In this document: positions 17,638 to 25,514 of the stretch, in pieces
Position numbering within the stretch: the first letter of the stretch is position 1
Layout of the letters: every line of letters starts with the position of its first letter
Assembly: GCA_018970175.1 (NCBI GenBank)
Contig: JAGWWV010000001.1
Span: forward strand, 29,605-93,604
Source of the DNA: Acidobacteriota bacterium
Lineage (GTDB): Bacteria > Actinomycetota > Acidimicrobiia > Acidimicrobiales > Ilumatobacteraceae
Direction: 5' to 3'
DNA: 64,000 nt
Made by a program: the position numbers and the translations under genes
Notes under the pieces: model-generated
Database searches by the model: none
Seen by the model: the letters and a program-made list of their open reading frames with translations, nothing else
What the model was told of the DNA's origin: nothing

Positions 17638-18906
17638 GTGGCGAACGTCTGGATCATCGGTGCCCACAGCACCGCCTTCGCGCGCCGTCCCGAGGACTCC
17701 TTGAAGGCCCTCGCGCGCGAGACCTTTACCGGAGTCCTGGCAGATGTCGGGATGGTCGATGGATCCGACATCGGGTCGGCCTGGTTCGGGAACTGTTTGA
17801 TGCACACCTGGGGCCAGGGCGGAGTGCGGGGACAGACCTGCTTCATCGAGATGGTCGACGAGGGCCTCTTCCCCGAACGTGTCCCGATGACCAACGTCGA
17901 AGGTGCGTGCGCCACGGCATCGATGGCGCTTCAGGGTGCCGTCAAGGACATCTTGAGCGGTGAAACAAACGTGTCGCTCGCCATCGGGGTCGAAAAAATC
18001 TACCGACCCGGCGCCGACAAGGACCCCGCCGTGCGGCAGCTGATGTTCGACTCGTACTACTCGGGTGTCGACAACTTCAATCTCGACAGGCTCTTTGACG
18101 AATACGACCGTGCAGCACAGTTCGCCGGTTGCAGTTTCGACAAGGGCGAGGGCCACACCATCTTCATGGAGACGTACGGAATCCAGGCGGCGCTCCACAT
18201 GAAGTTGTTCGGTACCACACAGCGGCAAATCGCCCATGCCGCGGCAAAGAACCACACCTACGCTGTCGACAACCCGAAGGCTCAGTACCGCTTCCCGATG
18301 ACCACCGAAGAAGTGTTGAACGACCGTCCCATCTCGTTCCCGCTCACACGGTCGATGTGCGCACCAATCGGTGACGGTGGCGCGGCTGCAATCGTCTGCT
18401 CCGACGACTACCTGAAGTCACTGCCCGAGTCGGTGCGGTCGCGCGCGATCCGCATCGCCGCAACCGCGCTGACCGGCGGGAAGTACCGCGCCTACGACGA
18501 ACCCTCGCTGTCGCACCATGCCGCGCGTCGCGCGTACGACCGCGCCGGCATCAAGCCCGCCGACATCGACGTTGCCGAAGTTCACGACGCAACTGCGTTC
18601 TGCGAGATCTACCAAACGGAAATGCTCGGCTTCTGCCCCATCGGCTCGGGTGGCGCCTTCGTCGAAGCCGGGGAAACCGGCCCCGGCGGCTCGATTCCCA
18701 TCAACACCTCCGGCGGCCTGGTGTCGAAGGGCCACCCCGTCGGCGCCACCGGCCTGTCGATGGTCTACGAACTCGTGGTCCAGTTGCGCGGCGAAGCAGG
18801 TGCCCGCCAGGTTCCGAACGCACGCCTCGCCCTGGCGGAAAACGGCGGTGGCGTCATCGGCCTCGAAGAGGCCGCCTGCGCCGTCACCATCCTCGAACGC
18901 ACCTGA
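17638..18906 (+). CDS. thiolase-family protein (SCP-x/lipid-transfer-type thiolase)
   Basis: The GTG start follows GAGGGAG. The product has NVEGACATAS (active-site Cys region), INTSGGLVSKGHPVGATG and GGGV near the C-terminus. Confidence 0.85.
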   Translation: MANVWIIGAHSTAFARRPEDSLKALARETFTGVLADVGMVDGSDIGSAWFGNCLMHTWGQGGVRGQTCFIEMVDEGLFPERVPMTNVEGACATASMALQGAVKDILSGETNVSLAIGVEKIYRPGADKDPAVRQLMFDSYYSGVDNFNLDRLFDEYDRAAQFAGCSFDKGEGHTIFMETYGIQAALHMKLFGTTQRQIAHAAAKNHTYAVDNPKAQYRFPMTTEEVLNDRPISFPLTRSMCAPIGDGGAAAIVCSDDYLKSLPESVRSRAIRIAATALTGGKYRAYDEPSLSHHAARRAYDRAGIKPADIDVAEVHDATAFCEIYQTEMLGFCPIGSGGAFVEAGETGPGGSIPINTSGGLVSKGHPVGATGLSMVYELVVQLRGEAGARQVPNARLALAENGGGVIGLEEAACAVTILERT

Positions 18907-18913
18907 TTCGCGT

Positions 18914-20053
18914 TTACAGTGCCGACGTCGGCACCGAAAGATTCGTGACAACCGACGCGAGTCGAACGGACTCTTCGCCGATGTCGGACATGTGATTCGA
19001 GTCGAGGTCGATAACGGCAACGACCTTGTCGTGTTCCCACCAAAACTTCATTCCGGCATACGACTTGTTCCAGTCGTTCAGTTCGTTCAGCAGGAACTCG
19101 CTGCACGCGACGTTTCGCGCCACGATTCCCGACAGACGACAGACGGGATGACGTCCACCGTGAACCTGGGCCCTGACCTGAGCGCCGTCGACGAGAAACT
19201 CAACCGCGCGCTCTCCATCGCGCTGATACTCGAATCCCGCGGAGATGAGCTCTCGCCGCATGGTCCCTGCCCACTCGACGGCGACCGGGTCGATGAACGG
19301 GCAGGTGAGCACCCAGTCGGACGACACGACGCGACAACCAGAACCATCGGGGCCGTCGACCCTGAACTCGACGGTCTCGTCACCGTCGTCGAGGACGGTG
19401 AAGTCACGCAACACGCGTGCAACGAGACTCACGGCGCTGTGGAATTGCGTGGTGCCCCGGGTGGCCGCGTCGACCGACACCGTTGCGCGTCCGTGGTCGT
19501 ATGCCGACCAATCGGAATGGAAAGTGATCTTGCCATCACCGATGACGCACCACAGCGGCGGCCCGTATCCGATGATGTCGACTCCGATGGGCGGCGTCCG
19601 CGCCGCATCGAGAACGTCGGCAAGGCGTTTTGCCGACACCACCGCACTGCACTCGACGGGGTCGAGAAAAACCGTTGGACCCGGGTTGTGTGACGGGATG
19701 TCGAAGACGATCGAAGCATCGCCAGCCGACACCGTCAGGGAATCTTTGTCGGCGAGGCAAAGTTCCGTGTCGAAGGATGTCGTCGCAATGTCGGTCATCG
19801 CGTGGATTGCACGCACGGGGATGGGAACGGTGAACGACCCTTTGGCCCCGTCGTCGACGGCAGTGAATTCGAAGTGGAAGCGATGCGACTCGATGTGCCA
19901 CACACGACGCCCGGCCGAAACCTCGATCCATACACGGAAGAACACGGAGTCCTTGGCATCGAATGCGTTGACGAAGTGCCACATGCGCCACCATTCGTCG
20001 AAGGGAATCGACTGAGGATTTTCGGCAAGGCCGTACCGATTGAGGGAACTCAC
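18914..20053 (-). CDS. hypothetical protein (central clamp-like motif, C-terminal YbjN-like pattern; both tentative)
   Basis: The 379-aa ORF has coding-like codon bias and a GTG start 7 nt after the stop of the upstream ORF. I recognise no confident family. Confidence 0.6.
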   Translation of the reverse strand: MSSLNRYGLAENPQSIPFDEWWRMWHFVNAFDAKDSVFFRVWIEVSAGRRVWHIESHRFHFEFTAVDDGAKGSFTVPIPVRAIHAMTDIATTSFDTELCLADKDSLTVSAGDASIVFDIPSHNPGPTVFLDPVECSAVVSAKRLADVLDAARTPPIGVDIIGYGPPLWCVIGDGKITFHSDWSAYDHGRATVSVDAATRGTTQFHSAVSLVARVLRDFTVLDDGDETVEFRVDGPDGSGCRVVSSDWVLTCPFIDPVAVEWAGTMRRELISAGFEYQRDGERAVEFLVDGAQVRAQVHGGRHPVCRLSGIVARNVACSEFLLNELNDWNKSYAGMKFWWEHDKVVAVIDLDSNHMSDIGEESVRLASVVTNLSVPTSAL

Positions 20054-20060
20054 GAGACCC

Positions 20061-20522
20061 TCACCACGCCGTACGCGGATGATGCCGCGACGTCACGTGA
20101 AACGGCTCGAGGGGCGCTGCGACCGGCTCGAACGGTGCGAGAACGTACTCCGCCGCACTGTCCGGGTCGTGCTCGGAACTTTCGGTATCGAAGTCGGTCG
20201 ATGGAACCGACGTGATCGCGACTCCCGCGGCGATGTCCTCGAGCAGGTTTGCCAGCCGTGCCGTTGCCGCGATGGTGATGGGCGCAAACGTGACGACGGG
20301 GGTTCCGTCGTGTGTTGCGAGCTCCACCCAAGGTTGCGCGGCGCCACCGACGGGTTGCGGACACAAGCCGAGGTCGGCGAGGGCGCGCAGGAGGCGCCGA
20401 TAGACGGCCGGCGAGGGGTCGTTCGGTGCGCCGCCGGGAGGCGTACCGGTTATCGGATTGGTCGTGGACAAAGAGGGCCCCTTTCCGCCGAGAAAACGCC
20501 AAGTCTGACGATGGGGTGTCAC
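20061..20522 (-). CDS. hypothetical protein
   Basis: The 153-aa ORF has high third-position GC. Its TGA is followed by GAGGG and the GTG of the next gene, which suggests co-translation. The true start may be internal and no family is recognised. Confidence 0.4.
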   Translation of the reverse strand: MTPHRQTWRFLGGKGPSLSTTNPITGTPPGGAPNDPSPAVYRRLLRALADLGLCPQPVGGAAQPWVELATHDGTPVVTFAPITIAATARLANLLEDIAAGVAITSVPSTDFDTESSEHDPDSAAEYVLAPFEPVAAPLEPFHVTSRHHPRTAW

Positions 20523-20623
20523 ACGACGCCCCGACCGGCCGCCGCATTCGCCGGGGGGCCCGAAAAGCCACTACTTTCGGGGTTTCCAGCGGCCGGACGG
20601 GCTGCGGCACAAGGGGACCAGAC

Positions 20624-21538
20624 ATGTTCGATTTCAAGGGAAAGACCGTTCTCATCACCGGCGCCTCGTACGGCCTCGGTGCAAGCTTCGCCGAGGGCTT
20701 CGCGAAAGCAGGCGCCAACCTCGTGCTCACCGCCCGCACGACGGAACTTCTCGAGCAGACCGGTGAGGCGTGCAGGAAGGCCGGCGCCAAGGTTCTGTGT
20801 GTCACCGGCGACGTGTCGATCGAAGACGACGTGAAGAGGACCGTCGCAGCGGGCATCAAGGAGTTCGGCGGCATCGACACACTCGTGAACAACGCGGGCA
20901 TCTCCGACGTACTCGGCATCGGCGCCGAGCGCTTCCCCACCGACACCTTCGACAAGATCATGGCCGTCGACCTGCGCGGCGCGTTCCTCTACATGCGCGA
21001 AGTCGGTCTTCACATGCTGATGAAGAAGAGCGGCAACATCGTCAACATCTGTTCGATCATGGGCAGCGGCGCGAACGAGATGAACATCATCGCCTACACA
21101 GCGGCGAAGGGCGCGCTGCGCAACATCACCCAGCAGCTCGGCTGTGAATGGGCCGACCGTGGCGTGCGCGTCAACGCAGTCAGCCCCGGCTTCATCATCA
21201 CCGAAATGACCCGCGTCGCACTCGAGGGAATGGGCATGGACAAGTGGATCGCCTCGCGCACACCGATGCGTCGCCTCGGCGAAGTGTCTGAGATCGTTGC
21301 TCCGGTCATGTTCCTCGCCTCCGACATGGCCGGCTACATCACCGGCCACGATCTCCTCGTCGACGGTGGCACCAACGCTGGAAACGGCTACTACCAGTTG
21401 CAGCCGATCCACCACGCGTGGAACGCCGACACGGCACCGATGGCGCCGGGCGCGTACCCCGGTCTCTTGCCGCGGCCCGAATGGGCAACGCCGTTGCTGC
21501 CGGGTATCCCCGGCGTTCACTACCCGCTGCCGGAGTAG
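20624..21538 (+). CDS. SDR-family oxidoreductase with a C-terminal extension
   Basis: The ATG at 20624 follows AAGGGGA. The product has VLITGASYGLGASFA, YTAAKGA and NAVSPGFI motifs, plus a ~50-aa Pro-rich tail. The upstream part of the 408-aa ORF is Arg-rich shadow. Confidence 0.85.
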   Translation: MFDFKGKTVLITGASYGLGASFAEGFAKAGANLVLTARTTELLEQTGEACRKAGAKVLCVTGDVSIEDDVKRTVAAGIKEFGGIDTLVNNAGISDVLGIGAERFPTDTFDKIMAVDLRGAFLYMREVGLHMLMKKSGNIVNICSIMGSGANEMNIIAYTAAKGALRNITQQLGCEWADRGVRVNAVSPGFIITEMTRVALEGMGMDKWIASRTPMRRLGEVSEIVAPVMFLASDMAGYITGHDLLVDGGTNAGNGYYQLQPIHHAWNADTAPMAPGAYPGLLPRPEWATPLLPGIPGVHYPLPE

Positions 21539-21547
21539 TCCGAACGC

Positions 21548-22555
21548 GTGGGCGGCAAGCCACGGCAATCGAACGACGAAATTCTGAAGTCGCTGCGCGA
21601 CTCGGTTCCTGCGGCCGGCGTGCCGAAACATGAAGAGCCCGGACATGAAAAGCACGGGCGAAAACTGGTGACCGTGGAACTGCGCGAGCACGCAGCAGAC
21701 GGCGGATGGCACTGGGTCGCACGCGATGGATCGTTGCGTGGGGTTCTCGATGCCGAGCATCTCGTTGGTCTGGGTGAACTGCGCGAGTGCGACACGGTGA
21801 AAATTCAGGTCGAGGTTGGGCGAACCGAGTTCCGCATCGTTCAGGTCGTACCCGGGTCCCGAAGGACGCTGTCCGACAAGGACCGCCGCGAACGGGTCCG
21901 GGAAATCAAGCGTCTCACCCGACCGAAATCCGAAAAAAAGTTGACCCATCTCGACACGGCTCCACCCCCGGGCCTGCGTCGCACGGTGCGCGCCGTGGTG
22001 CGAATGATCGATGGGGATCGCATCACGTGGCAAACCGACCAGGGCGACGAATCGATGATCTCGTCCTCACCACGGGCAGCGGAGCTGACGGCCGGCCAGC
22101 AGATCAACGTGGTGCTGCAGGAGGTCGAGGGTGCCTTCCAATTCGTCGACTTCGTCGCACACACCCTCCAGGCCCGAGATGACAAACCCGAACGACCGAA
22201 ACTCGGCGAGCTGTCACTCGACGCCATGTACAACTTGGAAGCAGGCGACATCGTCGATGCCTGGCTGTCGTTCGACGGTATTCCCGGCGCCGACGATGCC
22301 GGCCGCGAAGGCAAGACACGACCGGCGATCTTCATTGCGAAACGCGGAACACTCGTGCTGTTACGGGGCATCACCGACGGCGAGAGTTCCTACGCTCAGC
22401 GCCAAGGCACGACACCGATTCGCGACTGGCGGGAAGCCGGCCTGAAGAAGCCGAGTGTCGTGATGACCTACGACCAAGAGGTCGACATCGCCGACGTGTG
22501 GGTGCGTCGCGGACGACTCAGCGAATACGACCGACGGAATCTCCAGATCAGTTAG
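21548..22555 (+). CDS. hypothetical protein with a C-terminal PemK/MazF-like domain
   Basis: The C-terminal ~105 aa (GDIVDAWLSF...GKTRPAIFIAKRG.LVLLRGITD...AGLKKPSVVM...VWVRRGRLSEYD) follow the PemK/MazF toxin pattern. The N-terminal ~225 aa are not recognised. Confidence 0.55.
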   Translation: MGGKPRQSNDEILKSLRDSVPAAGVPKHEEPGHEKHGRKLVTVELREHAADGGWHWVARDGSLRGVLDAEHLVGLGELRECDTVKIQVEVGRTEFRIVQVVPGSRRTLSDKDRRERVREIKRLTRPKSEKKLTHLDTAPPPGLRRTVRAVVRMIDGDRITWQTDQGDESMISSSPRAAELTAGQQINVVLQEVEGAFQFVDFVAHTLQARDDKPERPKLGELSLDAMYNLEAGDIVDAWLSFDGIPGADDAGREGKTRPAIFIAKRGTLVLLRGITDGESSYAQRQGTTPIRDWREAGLKKPSVVMTYDQEVDIADVWVRRGRLSEYDRRNLQIS

Positions 22556-23028
22556 TCGGCAAGCGCTGCGCGTGCAGCTGCAGGATCGGACTCGAAGCCC
22601 GGTGTGTCGCGACAGAACTCGACCATGATGCCGTTCGGGTCGAGGTAATACTGCGAGTGACACCATCCGTGGTCGACATCCATGATCGGCTCGATTCCAC
22701 CCGCCGCCAGCGAGGCCTTCGCCTGCGCCTGACGGGCCTCGTCGGCGGCGAATGCCACATGGTTCACCCACACCGGAAGCCCGTTCCCCGTCGACACGTC
22801 GGAACGCCAGCCCTCTTGTTCACCCACGTTGTGCAGTTCGAAAAAAGCGATGCACTTGCCGTCGCCGGTGTCGAAGAAGAGATGCCGAAAGAACGACTCG
22901 CTGCCCGGTACGCGCTGCACCTCGGTGTGTACCAGCGGGAAGCCGAGAAGGTCCTCGTAGAAATGGCGCGTCGCTTCGGTGTCGCGGCACGCGAATGCAA
23001 CGTGGTGGAAACCGTTCGGTCGTGTCAT
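22552..23028 (-). CDS. VOC/glyoxalase-family protein
   Basis: From the ATG at 23028 the product reads MTRPNGFHHVAFACRDTEATRHFYEDLLGF...VNHVAFAA.... The rest of the 387-aa ORF upstream is off-frame overlap with the neighbouring gene. Confidence 0.8.
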   Translation of the reverse strand: MTRPNGFHHVAFACRDTEATRHFYEDLLGFPLVHTEVQRVPGSESFFRHLFFDTGDGKCIAFFELHNVGEQEGWRSDVSTGNGLPVWVNHVAFAADEARQAQAKASLAAGGIEPIMDVDHGWCHSQYYLDPNGIMVEFCRDTPGFESDPAAARAALAD

Positions 23029-23648
23029 CTCACCCTCAATTTCATCCTCGGGCCGTCGGGGCCGTCGACTTCGACGATCGGGTCGTCGCGGTCGTCGAAT
23101 TCGGTGCGCAGTGCCCGGCTCATGACGGCGTGCATGTCGTACATCGCGGTGATGTAGGTGAACTCGAGTATCTGCTCGTCGGACAGTTCCGCCTTCAGTG
23201 CCGCAAAAACTCCGTCGGCGACGCGCCCTCCGTCGTACACGAGTGCATCGGTGTACGCGAGCACCGCTCGTTCGATGGGCGAAAAGCACGAAGCCGTCTG
23301 CCAGTGTGGTATCGCCTCGATCTTCTCTTCTTCTATTCCGACCTCGCGGCACGACTTGCAGTGCTGGGAGAAGACGAACTGGCTGGCCCGGGCCCAGCCG
23401 ACGCGGGTCTGGCCGAGTTCGCGAAGTTTCGGGTCGAGCCGTCGCGCCGGGTTTCGGTACAACACGAAACCCCGAACGGCGTGGTCGAAGATCTCGGGGT
23501 CGAGCGCAAAGACCGTCCACCAGTCCCCCGGTGTTCCCGTGGCCGTTCCGGGCTGGGCAACCGGATCGCGGTCGCCGAACAACAGGTCGTACATGGGCAG
23601 CACCGACGGATCGGCCTGCGATCGCGGCACCTGACGAAGTCTCGGCAT
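23025..23648 (-). CDS. carboxymuconolactone decarboxylase (CMD/AhpD-like) family protein
   Basis: From the ATG at 23648 the product has FVFSQHCKSCREVG and ERAVLAYTDAL patterns typical of the CMD family. It has a 4-nt overlap with the downstream VOC gene. Confidence 0.65.
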   Translation of the reverse strand: MPRLRQVPRSQADPSVLPMYDLLFGDRDPVAQPGTATGTPGDWWTVFALDPEIFDHAVRGFVLYRNPARRLDPKLRELGQTRVGWARASQFVFSQHCKSCREVGIEEEKIEAIPHWQTASCFSPIERAVLAYTDALVYDGGRVADGVFAALKAELSDEQILEFTYITAMYDMHAVMSRALRTEFDDRDDPIVEVDGPDGPRMKLRVR

Positions 23649-23702
23649 GTTCACACCCCCACGTCTTTCTACCATCAACCGAACTTCGGCAAGACTGGGA
23701 CC

Positions 23703-25514
23703 ATGGGGGCAACAACGATGCAGAGTCGCTCGCCGCTCATCGGCACCGTCATCGCGGTGAATGCCTCTTCGGGCGACGCCGTGCGGGCGGGCCACGAGGT
23801 GGTCATTCTCGAATCGATGAAGATGGAACACCCCGTCGTCGCCGAGTCCGACGGAACCATCGCCGACATCGGTGTCGCCGTCGGTGACACCGTCGAAGAG
23901 AACCAGGTGCTCTTCACCCTTACCCCCGGCGCCATTGAGGCCGACCGGACCGTCGCCGGCCCCGGTACTTCGTCGACCGAGCGGGCCGACCTCGCCCGCT
24001 TCCAGGAACGTCGTCGCCTCACCACGGATGACGCGCGCCCTGCCGCCGTCGACAAGCGACGCGCCAAGGGCCAGCGCACCGCACGCGAAAATGTCGCCGA
24101 CTTGGTCGACCCCGGCTCGTTCCATGAAGTTGGCTCGTTCGCCGTCGCCGCCCAACGCCAACGTCGCAGCGCCGATGATCTGATGGTGAACACCCCGGCC
24201 GACGGTCTCGTCGGCGGAACCGCGACGCTCGACGGCAAACCAATTGCCGTCGCCTCGTACGACTACACGGTCCTTGCCGGAACCCAGGGCCTCATCAACC
24301 ACATCAAGAAGGACCGCCTCTTCGCCTTCACCGAAGAGTTGCGGCTCCCCTTCGTTCTCTTTGCCGAAGGCGGCGGTGGCCGACCGGGCGACACCGACTC
24401 GCACGGCGTCACCGGCATGGACTGCATGGCGTTCTCGCTCTTCGGTGCGCTGTCGGGTCTGGTGCCGCTTGTCGGCATCGCCTCGGGTTACTGCTTCGCG
24501 GGCAATGCCGCGTTGCTTGGTTGCTGCGACGTCATCATCGCGACGGAGAACTCGAACATCGGCATGGCCGGCCCCGCGATGATCGAAGGTGGCGGCCTCG
24601 GCCGTGTCGAACCCACGGCAATCGGCGACATCGACACCCAATCACGCAACGGTGTCGTCGATGTTCGCGTTGCCGATGAGGCTGCGGCGGTGAGCGCCGC
24701 CAAGCGGTACCTCAACTTCTTCCTGCACCGGCGCATCGAACCGAGACCGGGCAACGACGAAGCCCTGCGGGGCGTCGTCCCCGAACAACGCACGCGCGTG
24801 TATCCCGTGCGTGAGGCAATCACCCATCTCGTCGACGGCGCCGACTGGCTGGAACTTCGAGCCGACTTCGGGGTCGGCATCGTCACCGCCCTCGGCCGCA
24901 TCGGCGGCCATGCGGTGGGCATCATCGCCAACAACCCCGCACATCTTGGCGGCGCCATCGACAGCGACGCATCCGACAAAGCGTCTCGCTTCGTGCAACT
25001 CTGCGACGCCCACGACCTGCCGATCGTTTCGCTGTGCGACACGCCCGGCTTCATGGTCGGACCCGAGGCGGAAAAATCGGCCCAGGTACGCCACTTCGGT
25101 CGCATGTTCGTCGTCGCCGGCAGCATCACCGTCCCGTGGATCACCGTGGTCTTGCGCAAGTGCTACGGACTCGGTGCACAGGCAATGGCGGGTGGAACTC
25201 TTCACGGTCGGTACCCGACGTTGTCGTGGCCGACAGGTGAGTTCGGGGGCATGGGTCTCGAAGGTGCGGTGCGTCTTGGCTACCGCAAGGAAATCGAGGC
25301 CATCGCAGATCCGGTCGAGCGGCAAGCGCTCGAAGACAAGCTGATTGCAGCGGCCTACGAACGCGGCGGTGCACTGAACATCGCCGCACATGCCGAAATC
25401 GACGAGGTCATCGACCCCGCCGACACCCGCGCACGCCTCATTGCCTTGCTCGATGCCGCGCCCGTGCCACAACCACGTACCGGCAAGAAGCGCCCGATGA
25501 TCGATACATGGTGA
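23703..25514 (+). CDS. biotinyl-domain / carboxyltransferase fusion protein (acyl-CoA carboxylase beta-like)
   Basis: From the ATG at 23703 there is an N-terminal biotin-attachment domain (EVVILESMKMEHPV, MKM motif). It is followed by a ~520-aa carboxyl transferase domain (GGARIQE-type region replaced by FAEGGGGRPGD, later PIVSLCDTPGFMVG). The upstream 317 codons of the 920-aa ORF are shadow. Confidence 0.8.
   Translation: MGATTMQSRSPLIGTVIAVNASSGDAVRAGHEVVILESMKMEHPVVAESDGTIADIGVAVGDTVEENQVLFTLTPGAIEADRTVAGPGTSSTERADLARFQERRRLTTDDARPAAVDKRRAKGQRTARENVADLVDPGSFHEVGSFAVAAQRQRRSADDLMVNTPADGLVGGTATLDGKPIAVASYDYTVLAGTQGLINHIKKDRLFAFTEELRLPFVLFAEGGGGRPGDTDSHGVTGMDCMAFSLFGALSGLVPLVGIASGYCFAGNAALLGCCDVIIATENSNIGMAGPAMIEGGGLGRVEPTAIGDIDTQSRNGVVDVRVADEAAAVSAAKRYLNFFLHRRIEPRPGNDEALRGVVPEQRTRVYPVREAITHLVDGADWLELRADFGVGIVTALGRIGGHAVGIIANNPAHLGGAIDSDASDKASRFVQLCDAHDLPIVSLCDTPGFMVGPEAEKSAQVRHFGRMFVVAGSITVPWITVVLRKCYGLGAQAMAGGTLHGRYPTLSWPTGEFGGMGLEGAVRLGYRKEIEAIADPVERQALEDKLIAAAYERGGALNIAAHAEIDEVIDPADTRARLIALLDAAPVPQPRTGKKRPMIDTW

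Noticed and set aside
16942-18255. A 437-aa minus-strand ORF lies over the TetR and thiolase genes.
   Set aside because: It is antisense to two well-supported genes and has no recognisable motifs.
20559-20581. The hairpin CCCGAAA-(9 nt)-TTTCGGG in the divergent region upstream of the SDR gene might be an attenuator or terminator.
   Set aside because: It has only a 7-bp stem with a large loop and no clear U-tract, and it lies in a promoter region rather than at a 3-prime end. The evidence is insufficient.
20519-22033. A 504-aa minus-strand ORF lies opposite the SDR and the PemK-like gene. The 303-aa ORF at 20050-20961 is a similar case.
   Set aside because: The plus-strand SDR has textbook motifs and an RBS. 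The minus-strand translations are Arg/Ala/Gly-rich without structure. The 20050-20961 ORF is an alternative frame of the 153-aa ORF region and reads as Arg/Pro/Ser shadow.
22752-23702. The 5-prime 317 codons of the 920-aa plus-strand ORF might extend the carboxyltransferase.
   Set aside because: This part is antisense to the VOC and CMD genes and is Arg-rich. A clean ATG at 23703 begins the biotinyl domain.
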